NCBI RefSeq assembly: GCF_001194135.2
Contig: NC_068984.1
Coordinates: 105,033,008-105,097,007 of the forward strand
Reading direction: 5' to 3'
DNA from: Octopus bimaculoides
Lineage: Eukaryota
DNA length: 64,000 bases
The notes under the pieces are model-generated. The model saw nothing but the letters and a program-made list of their open reading frames with translations. It was not told where the DNA came from and searched no databases. Position numbers and translations under genes: made by a program. Positions 38,280 to 49,849 of the stretch are shown one piece after another (the first letter of the stretch is position 1; each line of letters begins with the position of its first letter).

Positions 38280-39181
38280 TATGTAAGATCTGATCAATAA
38301 GTATCCAGACTGTTGCTATAGTAACAAAGCTGAAGCACACAGAGTAAAGACACCTGGCACAGATTAAACTTGAACTCTGTTGTGCATGCGTACTAAGGTT
38401 TAACATTCTAGCTTACTTCCACTGTTTACAGCAGTGCTTGGTAGGAAAGTGTGTAGCATGCTATTGTTGCATTGACCATCACAGAGAAAGTTGTCATGGC
38501 GATACCTGTGCAGAATCCTATGCAAATTTTTGGAAAGTGTATGGAGAGGAGTGTATGAGCCGCACACAAGTGTATGAGTGGTTCTGACATTTACAAAATG
38601 GCCAAAAAAATGTCAATATTGATGAATATTCTGGGAGACATGCAGTCAGCAGAACTGAAGAAAACATTGCAGATGTACATGGAGCTGTGAGGGAAAATCA
38701 TCGAATCACCATCCATGAGTTATCAGTGGATGTGCAGATTAGTTACAGTTCAGTTCAGTCCATTATCACTTGAAGATTTGGGTATGAGATGTATGTCTGC
38801 TGAGTTTGTGCCAAAACTGCTTCCAGGTGACCAAAAACACACTCTGGTTTCAGGTGCACAAGATTTCCTTGATTGTGTTGAAAATGATGAAAACTTTCTG
38901 AAAACTTTGTGTTGGCCTCTGAGCAGTTATTGCCAAGCTTTTTGCAAAATTTGATGCGGAATCTATGCTCAATTTTGTCTGTCATCATCAATGCAGTGAT
39001 CACACGCCACACATCTTCCTTCCAAGCACTACCATAATCAGCGGAAATGAGCTAGAATGTTAAAACTTAGTCTGCATGCACAATAGTATTGAAGGTCAGT
39101 CTGTGCCAAGCAGCTTCGCTCTCTTTGCTTTACCTTTGTTACTATAGCAACAGTCCGAATACTTATTGATCAGACCATGTA
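38280..39181 (+). mobile_element. Non-autonomous mariner with long inverted arms (two 5' ends), copy 1
   Basis: TIR gatctgatcaataagtatccagactgttgctatagtaac and its inverse at about 39139-39176; transposase N-terminus VYGEECMSRTQVYEWF...FVPKLL on +, then inverted 5' end encoding MTDKIEHRFRIKFC on -. Confidence 0.88.
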
Positions 39182-41405
39182 TGTATGTGTGTGTGTATAT
39201 ATGTATAATGTATGTATGCATCACTCTATTAGGGCACTTGAATGCATTCAAGCATATGAATGGATGTGAAGATGAGCAAGTATGCATGTATATATATACA
39301 TGGGAATCTACAAATATGAATATATACAAAAACATTTACATCTGCATGTGGATATGCATACATATTGCTATATTTATACATTGTTTATACACATAACCCT
39401 CCTTATAGATGGTTATACGTATGGAAAAATGCATCATCTTTATGCATTTTTCTGGCTGTACAGGTAATGTCATGCATTTATGTGTATACATTTGTCTACA
39501 ATAATATAAATAGCCATACTAGAAACAGTCTAGAAAACCCCCAAAATATTTATAGTAACATAATCTTCTCAGTCCTAACCTTCACTAAACACAGTTTAAA
39601 ATTTCTTGGTAGAAATCTAACTCCACCAACACCAATTCTACCTGAGTGTGACCTATGCTGCATGACCAACTGATTTATATACATTCTTTTGTAAACCCTA
39701 ATATATTATAAAATCAAACTTCATATATGTGTGTGTGTGTGTGTGTGCGTGTGCGTGTGCGTGTGTGTGCGAGCATGACAGTTTCCACCTACTATATTTC
39801 ACACAAGGTACTGTCAACTTGAGACACTTGTGCAAGTTGTCATACTATGCAGCTAAATATAAAACCACATATCAAATTTCTTCACCATACCACCATGTCT
39901 CCACCTATACAAGCACACATTTAATCATTCTATCTCCCACTCAGGCCTTATACACAGCTTATCTCTTGTGTAAATCTGCAAGATTTATGTGACGGATTAT
40001 TTTCCTCGAGTTAAAGGGTCTCTCTTCTCTCATGGCTTTCGAATATTCACACTGCACATGTAATATCAAGGCTACATCTTTTTTGTGTGTTTTAAGCAGA
40101 GTAGAATATGGACCACATTTATGCTTTTATGAAGTGAAATTATTTTCAACAGATATCTTCTGATAGTCCCAAAAATAGTCTATTACTTAATGCAGTCAGA
40201 AAATAAGCAATTAACACTACTTGAGGTAGGGATGAAATATGCAACAAGAAAAATATTCATCAATGGTTGATAGTTTTTCATTTTATCAGTAAGGTAAAAG
40301 CTCATGGCATATTTTTTTCCAACCCAAGATATATTGCTTCTATATTTTAACATTATCATTTGTGTAACTTCACCATAAGTTAGTAAACTCATAGGGAACA
40401 AATCATTAAATAAATAATATACAGATATGTATATTGATTTGCATAGAAAAACAATTGTTAAGGAATTAAATATTTCCACTCAGCAACCAATAGGTAAACT
40501 GTTGTTAGTATATTTAATGCATGGAGCATTTGGAAATCTAAAGTGGAATAAATAAGCATCGTAAATATACTGAGAATACTTTTTATCGCGCAGGTGGTAT
40601 CTCAAAATTGTTTAATTTCTGAACAATGCTATTGAAGCACTGTTTCAATTAGTGGGTGAAAAGAGAAAATTTAGTTGCTATCCAAATTTTCAATACTTTA
40701 TCTACTTAGGAAGTGGAATACTTTCCTTTTCTTTCATGATAACTATCTTTTCTGCTCATTCTTACTTTAATAGACCAGTTTCTAACTTCCTATATTGTTT
40801 TTACAAAGTACTTTGTATGCTGTTTTAATAGACTGAGGCCTCTGACTGTTTCTACTGACTTCACTAAGTTCCTTATATTCTTCTTTTCTTTCTCTTTTGT
40901 TTCACCCAGGGGAAATACTTTCTAATGCTCTAGTGGAAGCAGCCAGCATAAACCTGATAATACTAAGAAAGAGCTATTTGTATCATAAGACATGTTCTTC
41001 AGTGGTAGTGTCATAACGGATGTAACTATTTGACTCATCCTAGTAGTTGAAGTGTATTTAAAATCTTGTCATCTTGAAGAAGCAAACTTGTAACTAAAAA
41101 CATTTCAACTTTCACCATCCAATCGTTCCTATTAGATAAAATACATTTTAGCTACATTATCCAATGTATGATTTGAGAGCCCTCTCAGGATGAGTGATGC
41201 ACAAAAGTTCCCTCATTGGCTCATAGATGATAATATCATATCCTAGTGGAATAACAATCCTATGAATTCCACCAGATTGCTATTTTCAAAGAAGAGTCAG
41301 TTAGAAAATGAGAAACAACGGTGTTAGTAATTTAGGTTATTTTGTGAGCTGTTGTAAGTATATGTTGTAGGTACCTGAAAATTGGAGGTGAACAATTTGT
41401 TGCTT

Positions 41406-42292
41406 TATGTGGTCTGATCAATAAGTATCCGGACTGTTGCTATAGTACCAAAGCTAAAGCATGGAGAGTGAAGCTGCTTGGCACAGATTGACCGTGAATA
41501 CTGTTGTGCACGCACACTAAGTTTTAACATCCTAGCTCACTTCTGCTGTTTAAAGCAGTGCTTGGAAGGAATGTGTGTATTGTGTGATCATCGCATTGAA
41601 CATGACAGAGAAAGTTGAGCAGAGAATCTGCATCAAATTTTGCCAAAAGCTTGGCAATACCTGCTCAGAGGCCTATGCAAAGTTTTCATTGTTCTCAACA
41701 CAATCAAGGAGATCTTGTGCAACTGAAACCAGAGTGTCTTTTTGGTCAGCTGAAAGCACTTTTGGCACAAAGTTGGCAGACGCACATCTTGTACCCAAAT
41801 CTTCAGTGATAATGGACTGAACTGAACCGTAACTAATCTGCACATCCTCTGATAACTCATGGTTGGTGATTCAACGCTTTTCTCTCACAGCTGCATGCAC
41901 ATCTGCGATGTTTTTCTCAGTTCTGCTGGTTGTGGGTCTCCCCGAATGTTTGTCAATACAACATTTTTCGGCCATCTTGGAAACATGTGAACCACTTGTG
42001 CACTTCTGTATGTCTTACACACTTCTCTCCATACACTTTCTGCAACTTCATGGAGGCCTCTGAGCGGGTATTGCCATGACAGCTTTTTCTGTGATGGTCA
42101 ATGCTACGATTACATGCTACATACCTTCCTTCCAAGCACTGCTGTAAACAGTGGAAGTGAGCTAGAGCATCAAAACTTAATGTGCATACACAGGAGAGTT
42201 CAAGGTAAATCTGTACCAGGCAGCTTCACTCTGCGTGCTTCAGCTTCGTTACTATGGCAACAGTCTGGATACTTATTGATAAGACCTCATAT
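41406..42292 (-). mobile_element. Non-autonomous mariner with long inverted arms, copy 2 (opposite orientation)
   Basis: Same TIRs, same internal junction and same deletion as copy 1; QKVYGEKCVRHTEVHKWF on the - strand. Confidence 0.88.
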
Positions 42293-43611
42293 GTTGGCCA
42301 ATGTGAAAAATCATGATGATTGACACAGGTTTGTGGACAATTATAAAATGAGACAATGAAAAAGGAACAAATTTTATGGAATTTTGTGATACAAATTAGA
42401 CACCTAACCCACTGACTTTAGACATTCTGCAAAAGTAACCAGCTGTATGGGACTAAGAACTAAATTGTTATTCTAATCCTTAATGACATGTTTTCCCCAA
42501 ATTATGTTAGGAGGAATTTCAGGCTGTTGTTTTATTTTTAGACACATTTAGAAATATTTCAGACATAGTACAAGACTTGAAGACTAAAGTGTTAGTCTTT
42601 GTGAATGTGTATTATCATCTAATTTTTGTGGCAAATGCTAATAGACAATGTGATTATAATTTTATCAAAAATTAATATCTTATTTCCAAACAATGCTAAA
42701 AACAAAAATTGAATATCAAATATCTGTCAAAAAAATAGAATATCAAATATCTATCAAAAATAGAAAAAAATATTTTCTATAATCACCAATTAATAGTGTA
42801 AATAACTTGTTATAAATTAAATAAAATTAAATTAAATAAATTGTTATAAATTAAATAAGAATGATATTTATACTAAACATCCCCCAAATTCTAATAATAA
42901 TTCTCCTGCTAACTATAATTCATATAATAATATAGATTATAATCTTAGCCATGTTATGTGGAAGAGTAGTCATAAATAATGCTAGTACTCAGAGTAATTA
43001 TGTACGAAATTATGTAATTATGCATTTCATGGTACTTATCTAAATGAAACAACTGTTGAATACAATAAAAATATGAACTATATGTGAAATTTATATGTAT
43101 CTATTTTTAGGTTAGATTATCCTTTAATTGATAAGATTTTAGTATAAACATTTTGAAAATTATTCCCATCATCACCATTTTAATTTTACTTTTCCATACT
43201 TACATGGGTCAGACAAGGGTATGTTGGGGCAGAATTTACAATTGCCACGTCCTTCCTGTCACCAACTCATGCTTATTTCTTAGTGAGGTAATAATCTGAA
43301 CAATAAACATCTCAGATCATCATCATCATCCAGTGTTTTAAATCCGGGTTTTGTCCCCATTAACAGGGGTGGGTGGATCTACCTCAATGCCATAGCAACC
43401 CCCCTTTCACCGTCTTGCCATCTTGCCTGGTTTTGGGTCTCCTCTCTTCTCAAGCCAACCCTCCTAATCTCCTCTTCCACCTGTTCCCTCCACGTTTTCC
43501 TTATGCTTTCATAATCAACTGCAAGCAAGCACCTTTAGGAAAGCCATTGTTTACAAACTAGTGAGACAAATATACAGAGTGACTCACTTACATGTACATT
43601 TGCATGCACGT

Positions 43612-43660
<49 letters not shown>
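43612..43660. repeat. (CA)n microsatellite
   Basis: Direct. Confidence 0.95.
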
Positions 43661-43663
<3 letters not shown>

Positions 43664-43667
43664 TATG

Positions 43668-43788
43668 TGGCAGGTTACTTTCAGCTTACATCTATCAAGT
43701 ACCCTTACAAGGCTTTGGTCACATAGGGGCTATGGTAGAAGACACTTACCCAAGGCACCATTCTGTGGAACTGAACCTGAAACAACTA
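43668..43788 (-). mobile_element. SINE family A head/CORE (reverse)
   Basis: aaggctttggtc...ggggctatggtagaagacacttacccaaggcacc...gtggaactgaacc. Confidence 0.8.
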
Positions 43789-44134
43789 TAAGGTGTTTGT
43801 TCAAAACTCTCTTTAAAAATTTTAGAGCACTGGACATCCCAAACAGCTACTCTACATTGGTGCAATGGTATATAAGTTCCTGCAAAGAATAATTGAAATT
43901 CTTTTCTTTTGTATGATTTTGTGAAGTTACACAGCAGGTGGTTCTAAGCTGTTTACATACTGATGTAGTTAATTTTCTTCTGGATCTAAAACAACTATCT
44001 ACAGATTTACACAAAATTTCAAAGCCATATGTCTGTGGATTCACTACATCAGATAAGGTCAGGTATTTTGGCTTGTAAATACGTGTGTGTGTGATCACAC
44101 ACACATGTATATATATAAACTGTAAATCTACATA

Positions 44135-44750
44135 AATGAGTCATGATAACTCCACCATTTTCTTTTTAATATCCATCCTCCATCCTTCCAATCATCTCGA
44201 GTCCTTTATGTTCAGGTCCCATGTCTCATCATCATGCAACATCTCAGTTCTAACACAAGCACCATACAATGTCCCCTTCACTCTGAGAGAAAGACCTTTG
44301 TTGTCAGCAGCAGCAGCAGTAGTAGCTCCCTGAACCTTTTCCAACTTGTTCTTAACCTGGCTTCTATATATTCAAACGAACCACCTTCCTTGCTAATTAC
44401 ATTGCCTAGAAAACAAAGACTATCAATTACATCTAGTGAGCTATCTAGGCATTTAAGAGAAATTATTTCTGGTGTGCACACAGTTTATGTTGCTCCAGTG
44501 CATGTGTCGCATGCAAAGTTTATTTTCTCTGTTAGTCTACCTGTGATTTCATATCTCTTGAGTCTATGGCATACATTGAGTACAGTGTATGGAGTTATTA
44601 TTAACTTTTCCACATATCAAGCAAGGCCATTTCCCTAAAGATACTTGGGTTCAGGTCTTCTTTCCTACTTACTAAAATCTTCAACTTTACTAAGATTACT
44701 TTGAGGCCCCTTGATTCTAGGTTTAGCTTCCATGCCTGGGAATTTCCTAA
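44135..44750 (-). mobile_element. RTE-clade LINE fragment (C-terminal RT region)
   Basis: Minus strand: AWKLNLESRGL, GKWPCLICGK.VNNNSIHCTQC, LDVIDSLCFLGNVIS.EGG...IEARLRTSWKRFRELL, RVKGTLYGACVRTEMLH..ETW. Confidence 0.88.
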
Positions 44751-45334
44751 TTCCACTGTAGATTCAGCTATAAGATATCACATACACACACACACAACCC
44801 TCTCATATCTGCCATTGAGAACACCCCCACTTTTGTCCCCCACTCTCCCACCTCACACATCATCTCTATATTTCCTGTTGTATCTACAGGCTTATACTGC
44901 TGTATTGCCACTTATCGCTGCCTCCTTCCTGAACTGCTCTTTTCTCTTTCACCTCCTCTCTTACTGATATTTACCATTGACTACATATCTACTGTTGTTC
45001 ATCATGCGCTACATTTATCTTTAACCATCTGTCACTTTCTTTTCACACTTTAATGAACTTATCCACCCACCCTTCCTAATTTTTGCTTGTCTTTTCTCTT
45101 GTACTCACCTTCTTGTATCTTGAAAGTATGCTTGGACAGTTCATCACCACCATCACAGTCTTCCTTCCAGTTACTTCCACCCTTATATAATGTGGTATAA
45201 CCATGCATCTGCTCTAAAGCAAAACACTTGTTTCTGTCCTATTATCATACTTTAGCCTTTCACCATCCAACAGACTGCCACCCTTTCCACTACTCAAGTC
45301 AGTCAGTGGTGGAGTGGTGCTTTTTCTTTGTCTT

Positions 45335-45532
45335 GCATGTCACTTGGCAACCTCACTAGTGCCAGTACCATGACAAATGCACCCAGTACATACTCTAAGG
45401 TGAGTAGTGCCAGGAAGAGCATCCATCACAGAAACTGCACCACTTGATCCTGATGCTGTCCTCCATCCCACCAGATCCTGTAAAGCCATCCAACCCATAC
45501 CAGCATGGAACATGGATACTAAAAGATACATA
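45335..45532 (+). repeat. RTE-like 3' tail fragment
   Basis: cacttggcaacctcactagtgcc...gcacccagtacatactctaagg...ccatccaacccataccagcatggaacatggatactaaa. Confidence 0.75.
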
Positions 45533-46889
45533 CATGCACATCAGGGTTATCGTGTTATTCAGGCCCAGACCTTTATTAAGCTCTTTTGCCATGCTGTATG
45601 TATGTTTGGATTCTATTTATCAGTATCCTATTTATTGATATGTCACTTTGTAATTATCTTTCCTTATCCAAAAATTCCTTGAAAACAATGTTGCATATTT
45701 TTCCAGAAGGAATGTAAACAAAAAGATTGCTTGAACTTAAAAGTCTTTTATATGTATGTAAACATTAATATGAGATGATATATACATATAATATTGAATA
45801 GCAGTTATGTTTAGAATATTTATTGTTACAATATATTTTATTCATTGGGATGAGTCTCATCAGAAGTACCTATTCAACATCTGCTATTAGCAGCGATATA
45901 GTGTAGTTCTACTACATTAGAACTTTCAGTCTAAAATAAGTACAAACTATTATGCCTAACACAATATCTGTGAAACAAATGTGTTGCAGAGATTAAAACT
46001 TAAAAGACAGATATTTATTCTTAATTTAAAAGAAAAGCAGCCCACACTCGGATTAAGTGTCCAACTAGTTGGTGATAAATATGTGATTGGCATTTCATCA
46101 GTTGTTTTGTTTTATTTAGTTTTTTTTTTTTTTGTTCTTTTTAATGTTTAGTACATAATGTGTGTGCACACATTTATATTTCCACATCTAACTACACATT
46201 TACCGGCACATAAAATATCACTGTTTTCTATTATTTTGTTGGCAAGGATAAAAATACAGTTAGTAAAGCAGGCATGAAATGAAAAATGATAATAGCAATG
46301 TTGTTGCATCTTGCTATTTATCTTACATTTCTGCTGAATGACTCAAATTCAGCTTGCACTAAAACAACAACTAACATTTAGATATGTTGTTTCAGCTAAT
46401 TAAAGTGATTGTTTTTGTAAAAAAAGAAAAATGAATAACAGAAATCCACAAATTGCTTTTTATACCAATTTTTAAAAATAAAGTGCATGAAAGAGTTGTA
46501 ATATAAAAATGCAAACACTTCTTTTTAATTTAATATGTCAGATGAATCTTTTTAGAAATTGCTTCTATAAGGAAGAGTGCTGTTAGACAGATAAGAAATG
46601 AGAACTGCTAATGGTAGACAGTTTCTGATAGATGTTCATTCTTCTGTAGAGTACTTCTCAGGGGAAAGAAAAATTCTCGTATTTCTTTAATTGTAGTGAA
46701 GATGCTGTTTCTGAGAAGAGAAAAATCAAGACACCAAAAATAAATGATCTTAGACATTGAAAAGTTTCCTATTTCTCTATAAATTCAATCTTCTTAACAG
46801 AAAGATAATCTAAAAACTAAGTTAAGAATGCTAAACTAACAGGAATTTGTTTTGAACAATTAAAAATTAAAATACAAACACACATATAT

Positions 46890-47105
46890 GTCAGCATCAT
46901 TGCCATTTGAATGTCCACTTTGCCATGCTTGTTTGTATGGGTCAGATGGAATCTATTGCAGCAGATTTTCTTATGGCCAGATGCCCTTCTTTTCACCAAT
47001 CCACTCCCGTTTTCTCAGAATATTGGAAATAAATGACATTGTGGGACAGTGACACTCATAATTCCCACATGATGTCAAAACAAGGTGACACACACACACA
47101 CACAC
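46890..47105 (-). mobile_element. SINE family A 3' half (reverse)
   Basis: atgtccactttgccatgcttg...ggtcagatgg...gcagattttcttatggccagatgcccttc. Confidence 0.75.
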
Positions 47106-47329
47106 GTGTGGGACCAGATCTGAAACCATGTTATTTCCTTCAGGCTAGCAACCCGACTCTCTGGTTTTCACTTAGTTCTTTTCAGTTCACTTTCCTGCAG
47201 ACCCACTTGTATGAAAGCACATACAATGATCATATCCTACAGATTCATCTGCAGCTCATGTATGCATTATGAAGATTCATTTACATATTACACACATATG
47301 CAGATCTCCCAACACATTTTGTAACTTGC

Positions 47330-47460
47330 ACATGGGTAGTAAACTGAATTTTGGGGTAGTAGACTTAACCTATTGCCTAGTTTAACACCAGCATTTAGTC
47401 CTTGGGTGTCTTTAGTTGAGTCCACTTTGTTGCAAGCATATGGGCCAGATCTTTGGTTTG
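47330..47460. repeat. Interspersed repeat shared with 53700-53800
   Basis: ttaacctattgcctagtttaacaccagcatttagtccttgggtgtctttagttgagtcc versus ttaatctgttgcccagtttaacaccacagtctggttcttgggtgtctttagtgaaggtcc. Confidence 0.6.
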
Positions 47461-48879
47461 AGGGTCCCTCCCTCCCTTCTGAATAAAGATAAAAATAAAA
47501 AAATACATGGTAGATTTCTGTCATTCCTTTGACCAACTACCATTTATATCTTTCAATTCTGTTGATATATCTGCATAATCATTCAGTTTTTGCTACCTAT
47601 TGTTTCATATTGATTCTTATTCATTGTTGCTTCTCCAATAATCTGGAAGAAGCTTGGTGTAGTGACTTCATTTGGATGTCACTTTGGTTTAATAATTTTG
47701 TCACATGTTATATGTACGATTCTGAAATGAGTTGTCTGTTAATGGTTTTTGACTATTTAAACTGTTTTTTTTCTTAGTTCCATTTAGCAGCAATCTTAAA
47801 CAAGCTATTTTGCCTTGTTTCTCTCTCTCTCTCTCTCTCTTTGTTTTGCCTTGATAGAAAATCAGTTCCCTTTTCTATCTTGAATCATAAGTTATGTTGA
47901 TCTAAATGAAAAATCATTAGTCAATTGCTACTTCCGCCAGTTTAAAAACTCGTGTTATTTGCTTTTATNNNNNNNNNNNNNNNNNNNNNNNNNNNNNNNN
48001 NNNNNNNNNNNNNNNNNNNNNNNNNNNNNNNNNNNNNNNNNNNNNNNNNNNNNNNNNNNNNNNNNNNNNNNNNNNNNNNNNNNNNNNNNNNNNNNNNNNN
48101 NNNNNNNNNNNNNNNNNNNNNNNNNNNNNNNNNNNNNNNNNNNNNNNNNNNNNNNNNNNNNNNNNNNNNNNNNNNNNNNNNNNNNNNNNNNNNNNNNNNN
48201 NNNNNNNNNNNNNNNNNNNNNNNNNNNNNNNNNNNNNNNNNNNNNNNNNNNNNNNNNNNNNNNNNNNNNNNNNNNNNNNNNNNNNNNNNNNNNNNNNNNN
48301 NNNNNNNNNNNNNNNNNNNNNNNNNNNNNNNNNNNNNNNNNNNNNNNNNNNNNNNNNNNNNNNNNNNNNNNNNNNNNNNNNNNNNNNNNNNNNNNNNNNN
48401 NNNNNNNNNNNNNNNNNNNNNNNNNNNNNNNNNNNNNNNNNNNNNNNNNNNNNNNNNNNNNNNNNNNNNNNNNNNNNNNNNNNNNNNNNNNNNNNNNNNN
48501 NNNNNNNNNNNNNNNNNNNNNNNNNNNNNNNNNNNNNNNNNNNNNNNNNNNNNNNNNNNNNNNNNNNNNNNNNNNNNNNNNNNNNNNNNNNNNNNNNNNN
48601 NNNNNNNNNNNNNNNNNNNNNNNNNNNNNNNNNNNNNNNNNNNNNNNNNNNNNNNNNNNNNNNNNNNNNNNNNNNNNNNNNNNNNNNNNNNNNNNNNNNN
48701 NNNNNNNNNNNNNNNNNNNNNNNNTATTGTTATAGATAAGTCTGCATCACAATAATGTAATAGCTGTAAGAAGTCTTAATCTTTTTTGCTCTTATAAATC
48801 ATTGGTAAAATTTATTTTCCCTGTTTTTTGAGTTGTCTCTAAATTATCATTTTTCAGATATATTTGTAATATTTCAGAT

Positions 48880-49072
48880 TGAGCTAAGGTGGCAAGTGGC
48901 ATTCTGTCCATCTTTATGGTCTCACTTCAAATTCTGCTGAGGTTAACTTTGCCTTTCATCCTTTTGGGATCAATAAAATAAGTACCATTTGAGTACCGGG
49001 GGCAATGTAATCGACTACCCGCTCCCTAAAATTGCTGGTCTTGTGTCAAAATTTGAAACCAGTATTCCAGAT
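48880..49072 (+). mobile_element. SINE family B, ending about 75 bp upstream of the furin exon
   Basis: ttcaaattctgctgaggttaactttgcctttcatccttttgggatcaataaaataagtacca...ccctaaaattgctggtcttgtgtcaaaatttgaaacc. Confidence 0.82.
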
Positions 49073-49145
49073 TAAGCTATTGCCAGTTTAGCTATGCTAA
49101 TTAAATAATTTTATTACATTGCCATCTTCATTTCATTTATTTCAG

Positions 49146-49244
49146 ATCATGCCCGACTTCTATCATATACAACATAAAAAAGTAGCCAAGCGATCTATTT
49201 ATGCCAGTAAATCTCATCAAGTGGCCTTAGCAGCAGAACCACAG
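49146..49244 (+). CDS. FURIN: Internal coding exon (99 nt, phase 0-0) of a furin-like proprotein convertase (peptidase S8 propeptide): IMPDFYHIQHKKVAKRSIYASKSHQVALAAEPQ
   Basis: Strong acceptor ttcatttcatttatttcag| and donor CAG|gtatgt. Aligns without gaps to human furin residues 60-92 as recalled (IFGDYYHFWHRGVTKRSLSPHRPRHSRLQREPQ; 13/33 identical), itself a 99-nt exon. It lacks the 2-residue insertion of the PC1/PC2/PC5/PACE4 equivalents. Confidence 0.87.
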
Positions 49245-49290
49245 GTATGTTTCTCCTTTAAATTTATTTACAATAAATTGGTTTTACTAA

Positions 49291-49336
49291 ATAACTATGT
49301 ACATCAGATGTACATAACTATGTACATCAGATGTAC
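49291..49336. repeat. 23-bp tandem duplication with palindromic core
   Basis: (ataactatgtacatcagatgtac)x2; ATGTACATC-A-GATGTACAT. Confidence 0.9.
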
Positions 49337-49849
49337 TATGTAATAGATGCTGCCTTATTTTGCATTAAGTGGAGGATAATTAAAATTCATCAAATATGTG
49401 TAAGGCTTCAAACTGGAGATTTCTTTTGATTCTAGCTTTCTTTATTTTCCTGTGATGTTTAAAGACACCTGTATAATTATAATTTTAAAATTCAGTACAT
49501 GAGTAAACATAGATGAAATAAAAGAAAAGCCCAACACTTTGTCTCTACTAACAGAGCTTAGTAATTATCCTAAATTAGTTTCAGAACTAATTTAGGATTA
49601 TAATTGACAGGCAACTTCATAGCTTAAATGTCTGGAATGAAATCTTATGAAAAGTCGTTTTTTTTCGTATCATACTATAATGGCCTCTGTTTCTGGGATC
49701 TTGTTAATCTCCTACCTCAAACATTAAGGCTCCCCACCTCCCAACCTCTTGTCTTTCCATCTTTCATCACCTTTCACTTCTTGACCCAGTACTAACTGCT
49801 GTATCCAATCCTTTGTCTCCTGAATATGGGCCTTCTGGAATCTGCTCTC

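Noticed and set aside
46286-46381. Signal-peptide-like short ORF MIIAMLLHLAIYLTFLLNDSNSA... as the missing furin start
   Set aside because: It stops after 31 codons with no donor site and no WAV/HGF propeptide motifs.
47952-48755. Long ORFs of 258-267 aa in the ORF track (also 5882-6143)
   Set aside because: Artefacts of translating N runs.
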